A DNA stretch of 64,000 nucleotides from Desulfatiglandales bacterium (GCA_963666345.1 OY762721.1:480001-544000); one strand, 5' to 3'; counted from the first letter of the stretch, positions 1 through 10,163 are shown. A program made the numbers and translations. Notes: generated by a model not told the origin, from the sequence alone.

Positions 1-308
1 CGGGGATGGATTCCTCCAAGTGCCGCACATCCGCCCTGCTCATAATAAAAGATATGAGACTGATCCCCCAGGATCATCTCGTCACCCCGTCCACAGTGTG
101 CAAGTTCGGAAACAAGATTTGCCATGGTGCCGCTTGCAACAAAAAGTGCGGCCTCCTTACCTGTCAGTTTTGCCGACATTTCTTCAAGTCTGTTGACAGT
201 GGGGTCTTCGCCGAATACATCATCCCCGATTTCAGCGTTGTACATGGCCTTTCTCATTGCAGTTGTCGGCTCGGTGATCGTATCCGATCTGAGGTCGATC
301 ATACGCAT
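1..308 (-). CDS. ltaE: low-specificity L-threonine aldolase, 5' part (runs off window edge; not in ORF track)
   Basis: Reverse-strand translation [38 protein letters not shown]...[30 protein letters not shown] and SGTMAN motifs; AAGGAG RBS upstream. Confidence 0.93.
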   Translation of the reverse strand, partial: MRMIDLRSDTITEPTTAMRKAMYNAEIGDDVFGEDPTVNRLEEMSAKLTGKEAALFVASGTMANLVSELAHCGRGDEMILGDQSHIFYYEQGGCAALGGIHP

Positions 309-731
309 CTGTCTTCTCCTTATTAACGGTCTTAATATATTGCAAATTTAGTGAAAAACTCATTCGATCAGGAAAGACTATGGAAAAGGCCCTTATCTGT
401 CAAGTTTTGAACCGGCGCCGATTTAAAGATACCCATGTGGTTTCATGCCCAAAAGCACAAGGCAGGAAAGCAGATTCCACGGTTCGAAATGACGCTCCCG
501 CCCATTTTTTCATTCCATCGGTTGTCAGGGCACAAGCGCTCGAGTCTAAGCATCTCCCTCCCCAAATAGCAAACACATGCCCGTAGCAAACATGTCTTTT
601 ACAAACTGTCAGATTTATTTACACCCCAATTTTTCTTTTTGGCTCAGTCCCTGCTGCCTATATCTCCCATAAGTGTCTGTTCAAAAGTGCTTTTCATGTT
701 TTTTGGTGATGATTAAACGGCATTTATATTT

Positions 732-747
732 TGGCATATTTTTTGCT
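732..747 (+). promoter_or_regulatory. sigma54 (-24/-12) promoter
   Basis: TGGCATATTTTTTGCT, exact GG-N10-GC spacing; TGT-N11-ACA candidate activator site at 607-623. Confidence 0.7.
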
Positions 748-757
748 TAGTATAAAA

Positions 758-1070
758 CATAACTGAAAAGGCTTGGATCCTGGCCGGATGGCATACAGGC
801 AAGATCAAGGCTGAAAAAAATCGGCTTCCTGGATGGTCGCTAAGTTTCAGACCGGATTGCAAATGAAAGAGAAACGCCATGACCTCCTTGCGGCACAAAG
901 GCGCCATCACTGGAAGCCGAACATCAAATACTGAACCCCTGTTGGATTTTCAATTAACAGCTTAATCACTAGGTGTGGCCTTCTATACTAATCACAGGTG
1001 GATCTTTATTTGTCTCATCAGTTCACGGCGCCTGCTTATTCTCAATGGGTAAGCAGGCGTCCGTGTCTTT
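758..1070 (+). ncRNA. candidate sigma54-dependent small RNA (GGA-rich, possibly CsrB/RsmZ-like)
   Basis: Lies between the sigma54 promoter and a strong hairpin; no convincing ORF; 7 GGA motifs, 6 of them GGAT, including the GCC-GGAT-GGC mini-hairpin. Confidence 0.4.
1024..1070 (+). terminator. terminator-like hairpin
   Basis: CACGGCGCCTGCTTA-ttctcaatggg-TAAGCAGGCGTCCGTG followed by a short TCTTT tail. Confidence 0.55.
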
Positions 1071-1351
1071 GCAGGTGTCATCACCTAATTGGGTCATAAT
1101 CAACCATGACTGAAGATTTCGGCCCAGCCTTGGGCACCCCCGCAAGACTTTGGAATCAAGGCGCCGACAACCTACGGCTTAGGCGTATGACTAATGGGCC
1201 CGCGCATTACCTCTTGACGGTGGATCAGAATCTTTAATTGGCGCTTGTCTGAAATTGCGGTTTATGCTAAGTAATCCAGGATAGATTCTTATTGTCAGGC
1301 CTTTTCTTTATATCTCCAAAACCTTATAAAAGACGCATCAAGGGGGGCCTC

Positions 1352-2254
1352 ATGGATGACAAAGAAAAAGGTATGGTTCTTGCCTCATTTGCCGGAGATT
1401 CTCTTTCCCTTGCTGCTCACTGGGTCTATGACACAAATACGATCAAAAGGAATTTCGGCAGAATAGAATCCTTTTTTAAACCCGCATCAAACTCCTTTCA
1501 CCCCACCAAAGAGGATGGTGAATTCACCCATTACGGTGACCAAACCCTCGTGCTTCTTGAATCCCTTGCTGAAAAGAGAGGATTCGAACTCAAGGACTTC
1601 GCTCAAAAATGGAGGTCGTTCTTTGAAAACTACCGGGGGTATTTCGATCAGGCGACCAAGGTAACCCTCAGCCGTTTTTCATCGGACATGCCTCCTGAAG
1701 AATCAGGTTCCCCCTCGGACGACCTTGGCGGAGTGTCTCGAATCGCTCCTCTTGTGTACGCATACAGGGATGATCTGAAAGGTCTTATGAATGCCTCCAA
1801 GGCTCAAACAGCAATGACGCACAGGGACCCTATCGTCTTGAAAAGTGCCGTTTTTTTCTCACGCCTTACCTGGCAGATTCTTAAAGGCGACACACCTACC
1901 CATGCGATCGACAAGATAGCAAGAGAGCACTTTGAGCAATCCCCGATATACAACTGGGTGCAGATAGGGCTCGCCTCAAAGGATATGGACACTGTTTCCG
2001 TCATATCCAATTTCGGCCAGAGCTGTCATACAAGAGAGGCCCTTCCCGGAGTCATACATATCATTGCCAGACATGAAAAAGACCTAAAAGAGGCCCTGAT
2101 TCAGTGCGTGATGTCGGGTGGCGACAGTGCGGCAAGGGCGATGATCGTCGGCATGGTCCTGGGGGCCCATCTGGGCTGTGGACCGATACCTGCAGATTGG
2201 ACCACAGGGCTAAAGGCGAGAGAAAAAATATTGGACCTGTTGGAAAGGATTTGA
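1352..2254 (+). CDS. ADP-ribosylglycohydrolase superfamily protein (J1-crystallin/SelJ-like branch)
   Basis: GDSLSLAAHWVYD, THYGDQT and GGDSAARAMIVGMVLGA motifs; ATG at 1352 after AGGGGG preferred to the ORF-track start at 1292. Confidence 0.8.
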   Translation: MDDKEKGMVLASFAGDSLSLAAHWVYDTNTIKRNFGRIESFFKPASNSFHPTKEDGEFTHYGDQTLVLLESLAEKRGFELKDFAQKWRSFFENYRGYFDQATKVTLSRFSSDMPPEESGSPSDDLGGVSRIAPLVYAYRDDLKGLMNASKAQTAMTHRDPIVLKSAVFFSRLTWQILKGDTPTHAIDKIAREHFEQSPIYNWVQIGLASKDMDTVSVISNFGQSCHTREALPGVIHIIARHEKDLKEALIQCVMSGGDSAARAMIVGMVLGAHLGCGPIPADWTTGLKAREKILDLLERI

Positions 2255-2467
2255 AAACCAGGCATGCATATCTTTTGACAATCCCCCCTGTTCCTTTTCA
2301 TTGACAAAAAAGGCCATCCCCTGCAAGAATAATTGTCCATAAGAAATCAAAGGCCCCTGGATTCCGCCTCTAAGTCGGAAATCTGCGTTTGGCTGAAAGA
2401 CCGCTATTGTTACTGAAATTTGCTATATTTTGAGCCTCCCGCTCAGCAATGTCATGGAGAAAAGCCT

Positions 2468-3154
2468 ATGGAACTTGAATTCATCAAGGCGCGCGACCTG
2501 CCGGACGCATGGTTTCAATGCGTATACAGGCTGCTGGAACAAGGAAGAGAATATATAATAGACAGGGGAAGTTACGAAGGACAGAAAAGGCTCGAATTCG
2601 ACTATCTTACCGTCCATATCCGGTACCCCGGCGTAAGGCCTCTGCTGCCGGATATCCCGCCTGCGCTTGGCATCCCCAACCCGGTTGCGGAAGGCTATCT
2701 GGAAGATTACCTTCCCTACCTGATGACTTCCTTAAAGCAACCCGGTGAGGACTACACATACGGGTCCTATCTGGAGACTCAGATAGGTGAAGTCATTCGT
2801 ATGTACAAAAAGGATGGATACGGCACGAATCAGGCATACATGACCGTAGGCGAACCGAAGACCATCTATCTCAAAGACCCTCCCTGTCTTAGAGGCATCG
2901 ACACGAGGGTTACCAACGGCAAGCTCCACTTTTTCGTCTACTTCAGATCATGGGATCTCTGGAACGGCTTTCCGGCCAATCTCGGTGCCATCCAGCTCTT
3001 GAAGGAATACATGGCCGCAGAGATAGGTATCGAGGATGGAGAGATAGTGGCGGCAAGCAAAGGGCTTCACCTCTATGACTATGTATGGGAACTTGCGGAA
3101 CTCAGGACTATGTGCTCAAAGAAACAGGCCATTAAGCTGAAGGCTGACGGCTGA
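2468..3154 (+). CDS. thyA: thymidylate synthase, short archaeal-type ThyA
   Basis: YTYG, DPPCL (catalytic Cys), FRSWD, FPAN and HLY motifs; ATG 2468 after GGAG. Confidence 0.8.
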   Translation: MELEFIKARDLPDAWFQCVYRLLEQGREYIIDRGSYEGQKRLEFDYLTVHIRYPGVRPLLPDIPPALGIPNPVAEGYLEDYLPYLMTSLKQPGEDYTYGSYLETQIGEVIRMYKKDGYGTNQAYMTVGEPKTIYLKDPPCLRGIDTRVTNGKLHFFVYFRSWDLWNGFPANLGAIQLLKEYMAAEIGIEDGEIVAASKGLHLYDYVWELAELRTMCSKKQAIKLKADG

Positions 3155-3159
3155 ACGCT

Positions 3160-3188
3160 CCATCCGGAAATCTTCGGTTTATGGATGG
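3160..3188. repeat. short palindromic copy of the MITE-like terminal inverted repeat
   Basis: CCATCCGGAAAT-cttcgg-TTTATGGATGG; the left 12-mer is identical to 27046-27057. Confidence 0.55.
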
Positions 3189-3306
3189 CATCGACTTAAT
3201 CCGGGCATTAAGGCGAAATCATCTTTTTAAGGCCTGAGTCAGGTAAACAGGTTCTGGATTACGAAACTACGACCTTTTCTGAAATCTTGCTCACTCTGAT
3301 TTTTGA

Positions 3307-4377
3307 ATGATAATGGAAAATTTCAATAAGATTAAATTAAAAGGGCTGAACGAGGCGGAAACCGAAGCCTGGGTCCTGGACCAGGGGATGGATTCCTACA
3401 GGTCCCGCCAGGTAAGGCACTGGCTCTTTAAAAAGTTTGTCAAGTCCTTTGATGAAATGACCAATATCTCGGCATCCTGTCGTGCCCTGTTCGATGAAAG
3501 GGCAGACATTTGCCCCCTGGAGCAGGTCGACAAACTTGAGTCAACAGATACCACGGCCAAATACCTTTTCAAATGCCATGACGGCAATCTGGTAGAATCC
3601 GTTCTGATTCCTGAAAGAGACCACCTCACCCTCTGCATATCTTCGCAGGCAGGTTGTTCAATGGGTTGCCGTTTTTGCCTCACTGCCAGGCAGGGTCTCA
3701 CAAGGAATCTTACTCCCGATGAAATCATAGAGCAGGTAATACTGGTAAAACGGTCAATCAGCACCCCGGACCGAATTACCAACATAGTCCTTATGGGCAT
3801 GGGAGAGCCGCTTGCCAATTATGACTCGGTAATCAAGGCGATTAAAAATATGATTTCCGAAGAGGCAATGAACTTTTCTCACCGGAAGATTACCCTTTCA
3901 ACCTGCGGGCTTGTTCCCCAGATACGCCGGCTGGGAAAAGACATACCGGTAAACCTGGCCATATCCCTCAATGCCCCTGATGACGGGAAACGTGATTATC
4001 TTATGCCGGTTAACAAGGTCTATCCGATAAAGGAACTGCTTTCCGCATGCAGGGACTTTCCCCTTCCAAACAGAAGGATGCTTACATTTGAGTATATCCT
4101 CATAGCCGGCATAAATGACACGGATGAAGATGCCTTAAGACTCTGCAAGATACTTAAAGGCCTGAGGGCGAAGATAAACCTCATTCCCCTTAACCCCCAT
4201 CCTTCCTCAGACATGGCCCCGTCCCCGCCGGAACGTATACAGGCATTCCAGGACATACTGGCAAGAAATCATTACACCGCCATAATAAGGAAGAGCAAGG
4301 GAAGAGATATACTGGCGGCCTGCGGGCAATTAAGTGGAAAATACAGACGGATACAAGGGGGGGCAGGCGCCTCTTAG
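3307..4377 (+). CDS. rlmN: 23S rRNA m2A2503 / tRNA m2A37 radical SAM methyltransferase
   Basis: CISSQAGCSMGCRFC, MGMGEP, ACGQL motifs. Confidence 0.95.
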   Translation: MIMENFNKIKLKGLNEAETEAWVLDQGMDSYRSRQVRHWLFKKFVKSFDEMTNISASCRALFDERADICPLEQVDKLESTDTTAKYLFKCHDGNLVESVLIPERDHLTLCISSQAGCSMGCRFCLTARQGLTRNLTPDEIIEQVILVKRSISTPDRITNIVLMGMGEPLANYDSVIKAIKNMISEEAMNFSHRKITLSTCGLVPQIRRLGKDIPVNLAISLNAPDDGKRDYLMPVNKVYPIKELLSACRDFPLPNRRMLTFEYILIAGINDTDEDALRLCKILKGLRAKINLIPLNPHPSSDMAPSPPERIQAFQDILARNHYTAIIRKSKGRDILAACGQLSGKYRRIQGGAGAS

Positions 4378-4484
4378 CAAATTTTCCCAAGACCCGCGGA
4401 TATTATCACCAGTCCTTTTTCCTTGCGGTTAAATTCCTTTTTGTGCTAGTTTTCGTTTTCATTTCTATATAGAGAGGTAATGAT

Positions 4485-4865
4485 ATGATCGAACTTGATT
4501 TTTCCAAGGGAGAGGGATTGCTTCCCGCCATAGCACAGGATCACGTCTCAGGGAGGGTCCTTATGCTCGCATACATCAGCAAAGAGTCGTGGGAAAAGAC
4601 CCTGGAAACAGGAGAAGTTCATTACTGGAGCCGCTCTCGCCGGGAGCTTTGGCACAAGGGAGGAACATCAGGCAATGTCCAGGTGGTAAAGGAAATTTAT
4701 GCGGACTGTGACAATGACACCGTGCTTTTCAAGGTGGAACAGATCGGTGGGGCCGCCTGCCACCTGGGATACGAGTCCTGCTTTCACAAAATGATAGAAA
4801 AAGACGGCACCTTCAGGGTCGTCGACAAAAGGATTTTTGACCCAAAAGAGGTATACGGTAAATGA
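4485..4865 (+). CDS. hisI: phosphoribosyl-AMP cyclohydrolase
   Basis: [30 protein letters not shown]. Confidence 0.95.
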   Translation: MIELDFSKGEGLLPAIAQDHVSGRVLMLAYISKESWEKTLETGEVHYWSRSRRELWHKGGTSGNVQVVKEIYADCDNDTVLFKVEQIGGAACHLGYESCFHKMIEKDGTFRVVDKRIFDPKEVYGK

Positions 4866-5734
4866 AACAGCTCAAATTCGGAATCCCAAAGGGAAGCCTG
4901 CAAAGTGCAACTATAGCGCTTTTTGAAAAGTCGGGCTGGAAAATTTCTGTAAACTCACGCAGCTATTTCCCCGACATAAACGACGAAACCATATGCTGCA
5001 GCATCTGCCGCGCCCAGGAGATGTCCAGGTACGTGGAAAACGGGACCATCGACGTGGGCCTTACAGGAAAGGACTGGATTGAGGAAAACGAATCGGATGT
5101 CGTTGTTGTTGACAATCTGATTTACTCCAAGGTCTCCCAGAAACCGGCCAGATGGGTACTTGCCGTGCCCGCAGACTCCAGTATAAAGAAGCTGAACGAT
5201 CTTGAAGGCAAAAAGATCTCCACGGAGCTGGTCAACTTTACACGAAAGTACTTTGAAGACAGAGACATATCCGTTAAGGTTGAATTTTCATGGGGTGCGA
5301 CAGAGGCAAAAGTGGTTTCAGGACTCGCCGACGCCATAGTGGAGGTTACTGAAACCGGCAGTACCATAAGGGCGCACGGGCTCAAGATCATTCATGAGCT
5401 TATGGAGACGAACACCCAGTTGATAGCCAACAGAGAGGCCTACGAAGATAAATGGAAACGTGCCAAGATCGACCATATTGTCCTTCTTCTTCAGGGCGCA
5501 CTCAGGGCGGAAAGCATGGTAGGGTTAAAAATGAATGTCCCGAAGGATAAAATGGAAGGGGTCATCGAAATTCTGCCAAGTCTTGACGCACCCACTGTGG
5601 CTAATCTCTACCAAAAAGAGTGGTTGTCGGTCGAGGCAATAATAGAAAGATCCGTTGTCAGAGATCTTATTCCGAAGCTGCTCAATGCCGGCGCCAAAGG
5701 GATAATCGAATACTCCCTTAACAAAGTAATATAG
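4862..5734 (+). CDS. hisG: ATP phosphoribosyltransferase, long form
   Basis: [29 protein letters not shown]-terminal regulatory domain; ATGA overlap with hisI. Confidence 0.95.
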   Translation: MKQLKFGIPKGSLQSATIALFEKSGWKISVNSRSYFPDINDETICCSICRAQEMSRYVENGTIDVGLTGKDWIEENESDVVVVDNLIYSKVSQKPARWVLAVPADSSIKKLNDLEGKKISTELVNFTRKYFEDRDISVKVEFSWGATEAKVVSGLADAIVEVTETGSTIRAHGLKIIHELMETNTQLIANREAYEDKWKRAKIDHIVLLLQGALRAESMVGLKMNVPKDKMEGVIEILPSLDAPTVANLYQKEWLSVEAIIERSVVRDLIPKLLNAGAKGIIEYSLNKVI

Positions 5735-5764
5735 GGCTACTGAAATGAATCATCAGGTGAGTCG

Positions 5765-6910
5765 ATGAGCAGGATTACCAAAAGGGGAAAGGAGATACCC
5801 TCCTTCATAGTCATGGATGTTCTTGAAAGGGCCCATGAGCTGGAAAAACAGGGGCGAAACATTATTCATCTCGAGATAGGAGAACCTGATTTCAAGACAC
5901 CCCGGTGCATTTGCGATGCCGCTCAGGAGGCAATGGACAAGGGTGAAACGCATTACACTCACAGCCTGGGGATCACGGAACTAAGAGAGGCCATAAGCGA
6001 ACACTACGATAAAAAATATGGGATATCAGTGGACCCATCGCAAATAGTGGTAACATCAGGCACGTCACCTGCGCTTTTCATGATCTTCGCCTCTCTTCTG
6101 GAACAGGATGATGAAATAATAATGGCCGACCCTCACTACCCGTGTTACCCCAATTTCGCACGTTTCATGGGCGCCAGACCGATATTTGTAGACACATCCG
6201 AAGAAGACGGATTCCAGTTGAAGGCAAGGGACATCAAGGCGAAAGTAGGGCCCAAGACCAGGGCCGTCCTTATAAATTCACCGGCTAACCCGACCGGTAA
6301 TCTCCTCAGCGAGAAAAGGATGAGGAATATTGCAGACCTCGGCATCCCGGTCATATCTGATGAGATTTATCATGGCCTTGTCTACGGCCAGAGGGAACGC
6401 TCAATTCTCGAATTTACCGAAAATGCCTTCGTGCTAAACGGCTTCTCAAAGATATATGCCATGACCGGCTGGCGTCTCGGGTACATAATAGCCCCTCGGG
6501 ACTTCATGCATCCGCTGCAGAAGGTTCATCAAAATTTCTTTATTTCAGCAAGCAGCATATCCCAATGGGCCGGGGTGGCGGCACTTAAAAATGCCGAATC
6601 GGACGTTGAAAAAATGAAAGAGACATACGATAAGCGCCGAAGATATATGACGGGCAGGCTCAAGGATCTCGGTTTCGGGCTTTCAGTTGAACCACGAGGG
6701 GCATTCTATATCCTGGTAAATGCGAAACATCTCTCATCAAGTTCGTACGAACTGGCCTTTGATATCCTTGAAAAGGCGGGAGTCGGGGTAACACCCGGCA
6801 TAGATTTCGGCCGAAACGCAGAGGGTTATCTGCGCTTTTCATACGCCAATTCCCTGGACAACATCAAGGAGGGGTTGAACAGGCTGGAAGCTTATCTCAA
6901 TAAAAGCTGA
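5765..6910 (+). CDS. PLP-dependent class I/II (aspartate-type) aminotransferase
   Basis: IGEPDF, NSPANPTG, SDEIY, GFSKIYAMTGWRLG. Confidence 0.92.
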   Translation: MSRITKRGKEIPSFIVMDVLERAHELEKQGRNIIHLEIGEPDFKTPRCICDAAQEAMDKGETHYTHSLGITELREAISEHYDKKYGISVDPSQIVVTSGTSPALFMIFASLLEQDDEIIMADPHYPCYPNFARFMGARPIFVDTSEEDGFQLKARDIKAKVGPKTRAVLINSPANPTGNLLSEKRMRNIADLGIPVISDEIYHGLVYGQRERSILEFTENAFVLNGFSKIYAMTGWRLGYIIAPRDFMHPLQKVHQNFFISASSISQWAGVAALKNAESDVEKMKETYDKRRRYMTGRLKDLGFGLSVEPRGAFYILVNAKHLSSSSYELAFDILEKAGVGVTPGIDFGRNAEGYLRFSYANSLDNIKEGLNRLEAYLNKS

Positions 6911-6931
6911 TCTCCCTTTGACTCCCAGAAA

Positions 6932-7552
6932 ATGGATAAGCCCGGAATGAAGACCGTCTTCATAAAAAGCGCCTTTGATATCAGACATTTTCCTCCGGAG
7001 GACCGCCCTGAGATTGCCTTCGCAGGCAAGTCCAACGTGGGGAAGTCTTCCCTCATCAACAGCCTCGTGAACCGCAAGAATCTAGCCAGGACAAGTGCCA
7101 GACCGGGAAGGACACAGGCCCTGAATTTCTTCCAGGCAGGCCGGCTCTACATTGTGGATCTTCCCGGATATGGATTCGCCCGTGTCCCTCTGAGCGTAAA
7201 AAAAAGCTGGCAGAAAATGGTTGAGGCGTATCTGAGCAATCGTGAAAACCTGCGAGCGGTCGTGGTCATTATAGATATACGGAGGGATCTTTCCGAGGGA
7301 GATATCAACCTGATTGAATGGCTCTATCACTTTGAGATCGAGTCGATACCCGTACTTACAAAAGCAGACAAGTTATCCCGCCAGAAGGCCGCCAATAAGG
7401 CGGAAATCATAACCCGCCGATTAAATCTGTACTCCGAACTGAAGCCGGTCCTGTTTTCGGCCAAGACAAGTCAGGGCCGAGATGAGTTATGGGAAAGGAT
7501 AGCCGATGCGGCCGGTCTTGATCACTCAGACCTGAAAACGTTCAGGCCGTAA
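6932..7552 (+). CDS. engB: ribosome biogenesis GTPase YihA/YsxC
   Basis: GKSNVGKSS, PGRT, DLPGYG, TKAD; 3' end overlaps the convergent regulator gene by 31 bp. Confidence 0.95.
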   Translation: MDKPGMKTVFIKSAFDIRHFPPEDRPEIAFAGKSNVGKSSLINSLVNRKNLARTSARPGRTQALNFFQAGRLYIVDLPGYGFARVPLSVKKSWQKMVEAYLSNRENLRAVVVIIDIRRDLSEGDINLIEWLYHFEIESIPVLTKADKLSRQKAANKAEIITRRLNLYSELKPVLFSAKTSQGRDELWERIADAAGLDHSDLKTFRP

Positions 7553-8892
7553 AATTTTATCTTTTTGTGAAGATTGCTTCTTTCTACCCCTATGGCTTCT
7601 GCAGTCTGGGATATGTTACCGTTGAATTCGAGTAATTTCCTTTTTATAAAGGCCTTTTCAAATTCATTCCTGGCCTCCTTTAAACTGTCACCTATTGCCT
7701 CGGAACCCGAATCTTCGCTGCCCTTGGTTGACCTGTTGATAGGAGCCGGGATATCCTTTGAGTGAATCTCTTTTGCAGGCGTCATTATCATGAGCCTTTC
7801 AACCAGATTTTTAAGCTCCCTCACGTTTCCCGGCCAGTCGTATCTTTCCAAAAGCCTGAGTGATTCTTCAGAAAATCTTTTTTCCTTCAGATTCGTTGTC
7901 AGAGTGAATTCCTTTATGAATTCCTCAACCAGTTCAGGGATGTCCTCTGTCCGATCCCTTAGTGGAGGCACCACCATCGGAATTACATTCAACCGAAAAT
8001 AGAGATCCTCTCTGAAACGGCCCTTTGCGATCTCTGATTCAAGATCTTTATTCGTGGCAGCGAAGACTCTCACATCCACATCTATAGTCCTTGAACCACC
8101 TACCCGCTCAAACTTCTGCTCCTGAAGTATCCTCAATGTCTTCGACTGTGCCTTAAGACTCATATCGCCTATCTCATCCAGAAAAAGGGTACCCTCATGG
8201 GCCAGATCGAATTTTCCCTTCTTCATTGTAGACGCGCCGGTAAATGCACCCTTTTCATGACCGAAAAGTTCACTTTCTATAAGATCTTCAGGAATGGCCG
8301 CACAGTTTACTTCAACCATCGGTTTGGCCCTGCGATCACTCAACGCATGGATGGTATGAGCCACCAGTTCCTTGCCTGTCCCGTTCTCCCCTGAAATCAG
8401 AATCCATGCCTTTGTGGGTGCGACGATTCTTATCTGCTCCTTCAGCTGAGTTATGGCCCTGCTTTTCCCCGTTATGCTGTATTTTCTATTTTCCTTCTCC
8501 CTGAGCAGGCCTATCTCCTCCTCGAGTCTGTAATATTCCATGGCGTTGTTTATGGATAAAAGGAGCTTCTCCAGAGATAGGGGCTTTTCTATAAAATCGT
8601 ATGCGCCCAGTTTCGTTGCCTTTACCGCTGTTTCGATATTTCCGTGGCCCGACATCATGACAACCTGCAGATAGGGATACATCTCCTTTAATTTTACGAG
8701 CACCTCAATTCCATCCATGCCAGGCATCCAGATATCGAGAAGCACCAGCTCCGGTATCTCCTCCGCGATAAGCTCCAGTGCACGGGCCCCGCTTTCAGCG
8801 CAGATAACATCGAAGCCCTCATCAGAGAGTATCCCGTCAAGAGACTGGAGGATGCTCGCCTCATCATCAACTATGAGTATGGTCCTAGCCAT
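7522..8892 (-). CDS. sigma54-dependent response regulator (REC-AAA+-Fis HTH), NtrX/NtrC-like
   Basis: IVDDE, DIWMPG, GENGTGKE, intact GAFTGA, WPGNVRELKN, C-terminal HTH; start MARTILIV preferred to the ORF-track start at 8946. Confidence 0.93.
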   Translation of the reverse strand: MARTILIVDDEASILQSLDGILSDEGFDVICAESGARALELIAEEIPELVLLDIWMPGMDGIEVLVKLKEMYPYLQVVMMSGHGNIETAVKATKLGAYDFIEKPLSLEKLLLSINNAMEYYRLEEEIGLLREKENRKYSITGKSRAITQLKEQIRIVAPTKAWILISGENGTGKELVAHTIHALSDRRAKPMVEVNCAAIPEDLIESELFGHEKGAFTGASTMKKGKFDLAHEGTLFLDEIGDMSLKAQSKTLRILQEQKFERVGGSRTIDVDVRVFAATNKDLESEIAKGRFREDLYFRLNVIPMVVPPLRDRTEDIPELVEEFIKEFTLTTNLKEKRFSEESLRLLERYDWPGNVRELKNLVERLMIMTPAKEIHSKDIPAPINRSTKGSEDSGSEAIGDSLKEARNEFEKAFIKRKLLEFNGNISQTAEAIGVERSNLHKKIKFYGLNVFRSE

Positions 8893-8963
8893 TTCTATCG
8901 CCTTTTGTTCTTGCCTGAATTCCTGAGTGCCGAAGCAGCCCGTCATACGGCTTCTGAAAAATG

Positions 8964-10163
8964 CTATGCCTTCATCAGATCAAGTGCTATCCGGGCTGTC
9001 TTCAGCGATGCTCCTCCACTGCCCAGGCTGTCCCTTACATCTTGAAGTTCCCGTTTTATCTTTTCCCTTCGCTTTTCATCCTCCAGTATCCCTATCACCT
9101 CACGGGCTATATTTTCAGGTTCCACCTGATCCTGAATCAATTCGGGGGCAACCTCGTGACCTGCCACCAGGTTCACGAGCCCGATATGGGGGACATCTAT
9201 TATCATCCTTCCGGCCCAGTAGCTTACAGGAGACACCTTGTAGACTATGACCATCGGCGTCAGGCTTATAGCGGTCTGAAGGGTCGCGGTACCGGATGTC
9301 ACGACAGCTATATCGCACCTCTCCAGGAGTTCATATATATCTCCCCGCAGAATCGCAACATCCAGAGGTGAATTTTCCGTAAGCGCCCTTGCATACTTAT
9401 GCTCTATTGTGGGCGCCAATGGTAAAATGCAGCTAAGCCCGCCGAAATGCCTTTTCAACCTCTCCGCGGCCCTCAGCATGTCGGGAAGCAACCTGTCTAT
9501 CTCTTCCTTTCTGCTTCCGGGCAACAACCCAACTACCGGGTATGGGGAATCCGCATCGAATTCGGACGGATGGCCTTTCCTGTCAATGCCGGCGTTAAAC
9601 TCATCCATCAGGGGATTTCCCACATAATCCACGTTCACGCCCCTTTTCTTGTAGAAGTCTTCTTCAAATGGGAGTATGACCGCCATCCGGTCCACCCTGC
9701 GAGCGATCTTTTTGACGCGACCTTTTCTCCACGCCCATATCTGAGGACTCACATAGTATAGTACGGGGATACCCAACCTTTTCGCTACCCCTGCCAGATG
9801 AAGATTGAATTCAGGATAATCGATCAGGATCAGCAGGTCGGGACGCACGGTCCTAAGGATATACTTGAGAGTTCGATTGGCTCTCAGGATCGTCCTGAGT
9901 CGGGGAAGGACTTCCGTCAGCCCCACCACCGCCATATCAGAGGAAGGGATAAGGATGCGAACCCCCTGTTCCTCCATCTTTTGCCCGCCTATTCCCCATA
10001 CACGGATAGATGGATCAAGCCGCCTTATTGATTTAATCAGATTTGACCCATGGAGATCTCCTGATGCCTCTCCGGCAACCACAAGCGCGAACCTGAAATC
10101 CCTGGTGGCGGGATTCACCTCTTTTAGATCGTAAGTGTTCACTATTTTTGAATTGGATAGCAT
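8964..10163 (-). CDS. lpxB: lipid-A-disaccharide synthase
   Basis: VAGEASGDLHG, IDYPEFN, YVSPQIWAWR, LPGSRKEE; exact start uncertain. Confidence 0.95.
   Translation of the reverse strand: MLSNSKIVNTYDLKEVNPATRDFRFALVVAGEASGDLHGSNLIKSIRRLDPSIRVWGIGGQKMEEQGVRILIPSSDMAVVGLTEVLPRLRTILRANRTLKYILRTVRPDLLILIDYPEFNLHLAGVAKRLGIPVLYYVSPQIWAWRKGRVKKIARRVDRMAVILPFEEDFYKKRGVNVDYVGNPLMDEFNAGIDRKGHPSEFDADSPYPVVGLLPGSRKEEIDRLLPDMLRAAERLKRHFGGLSCILPLAPTIEHKYARALTENSPLDVAILRGDIYELLERCDIAVVTSGTATLQTAISLTPMVIVYKVSPVSYWAGRMIIDVPHIGLVNLVAGHEVAPELIQDQVEPENIAREVIGILEDEKRREKIKRELQDVRDSLGSGGASLKTARIALDLMKA

Noticed and set aside
568..583. Second, divergent sigma54-like site on the minus strand (CGGGCATGTGTTTGCT) toward ltaE
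   Set aside because: GG-N10-GC spacing fits but the -24 box deviates from TGGCAC; too weak to call
1060..1145. Minus-strand GGGGGTGCCC..GGGCCGAAAT resembling a TPP riboswitch or tmRNA 5' end
   Set aside because: Lacks the invariant CTGAGA and the ACCTGAT..TAAT..GCGTAGG 3' half; no tmRNA acceptor/T-arm end found
3135..3156. GCTGAAG-GCTGACG-GCTGAAC 7-nt tandem repeat at the thyA 3' end
   Set aside because: Only three imperfect units with no spacers; not CRISPR and no supported function
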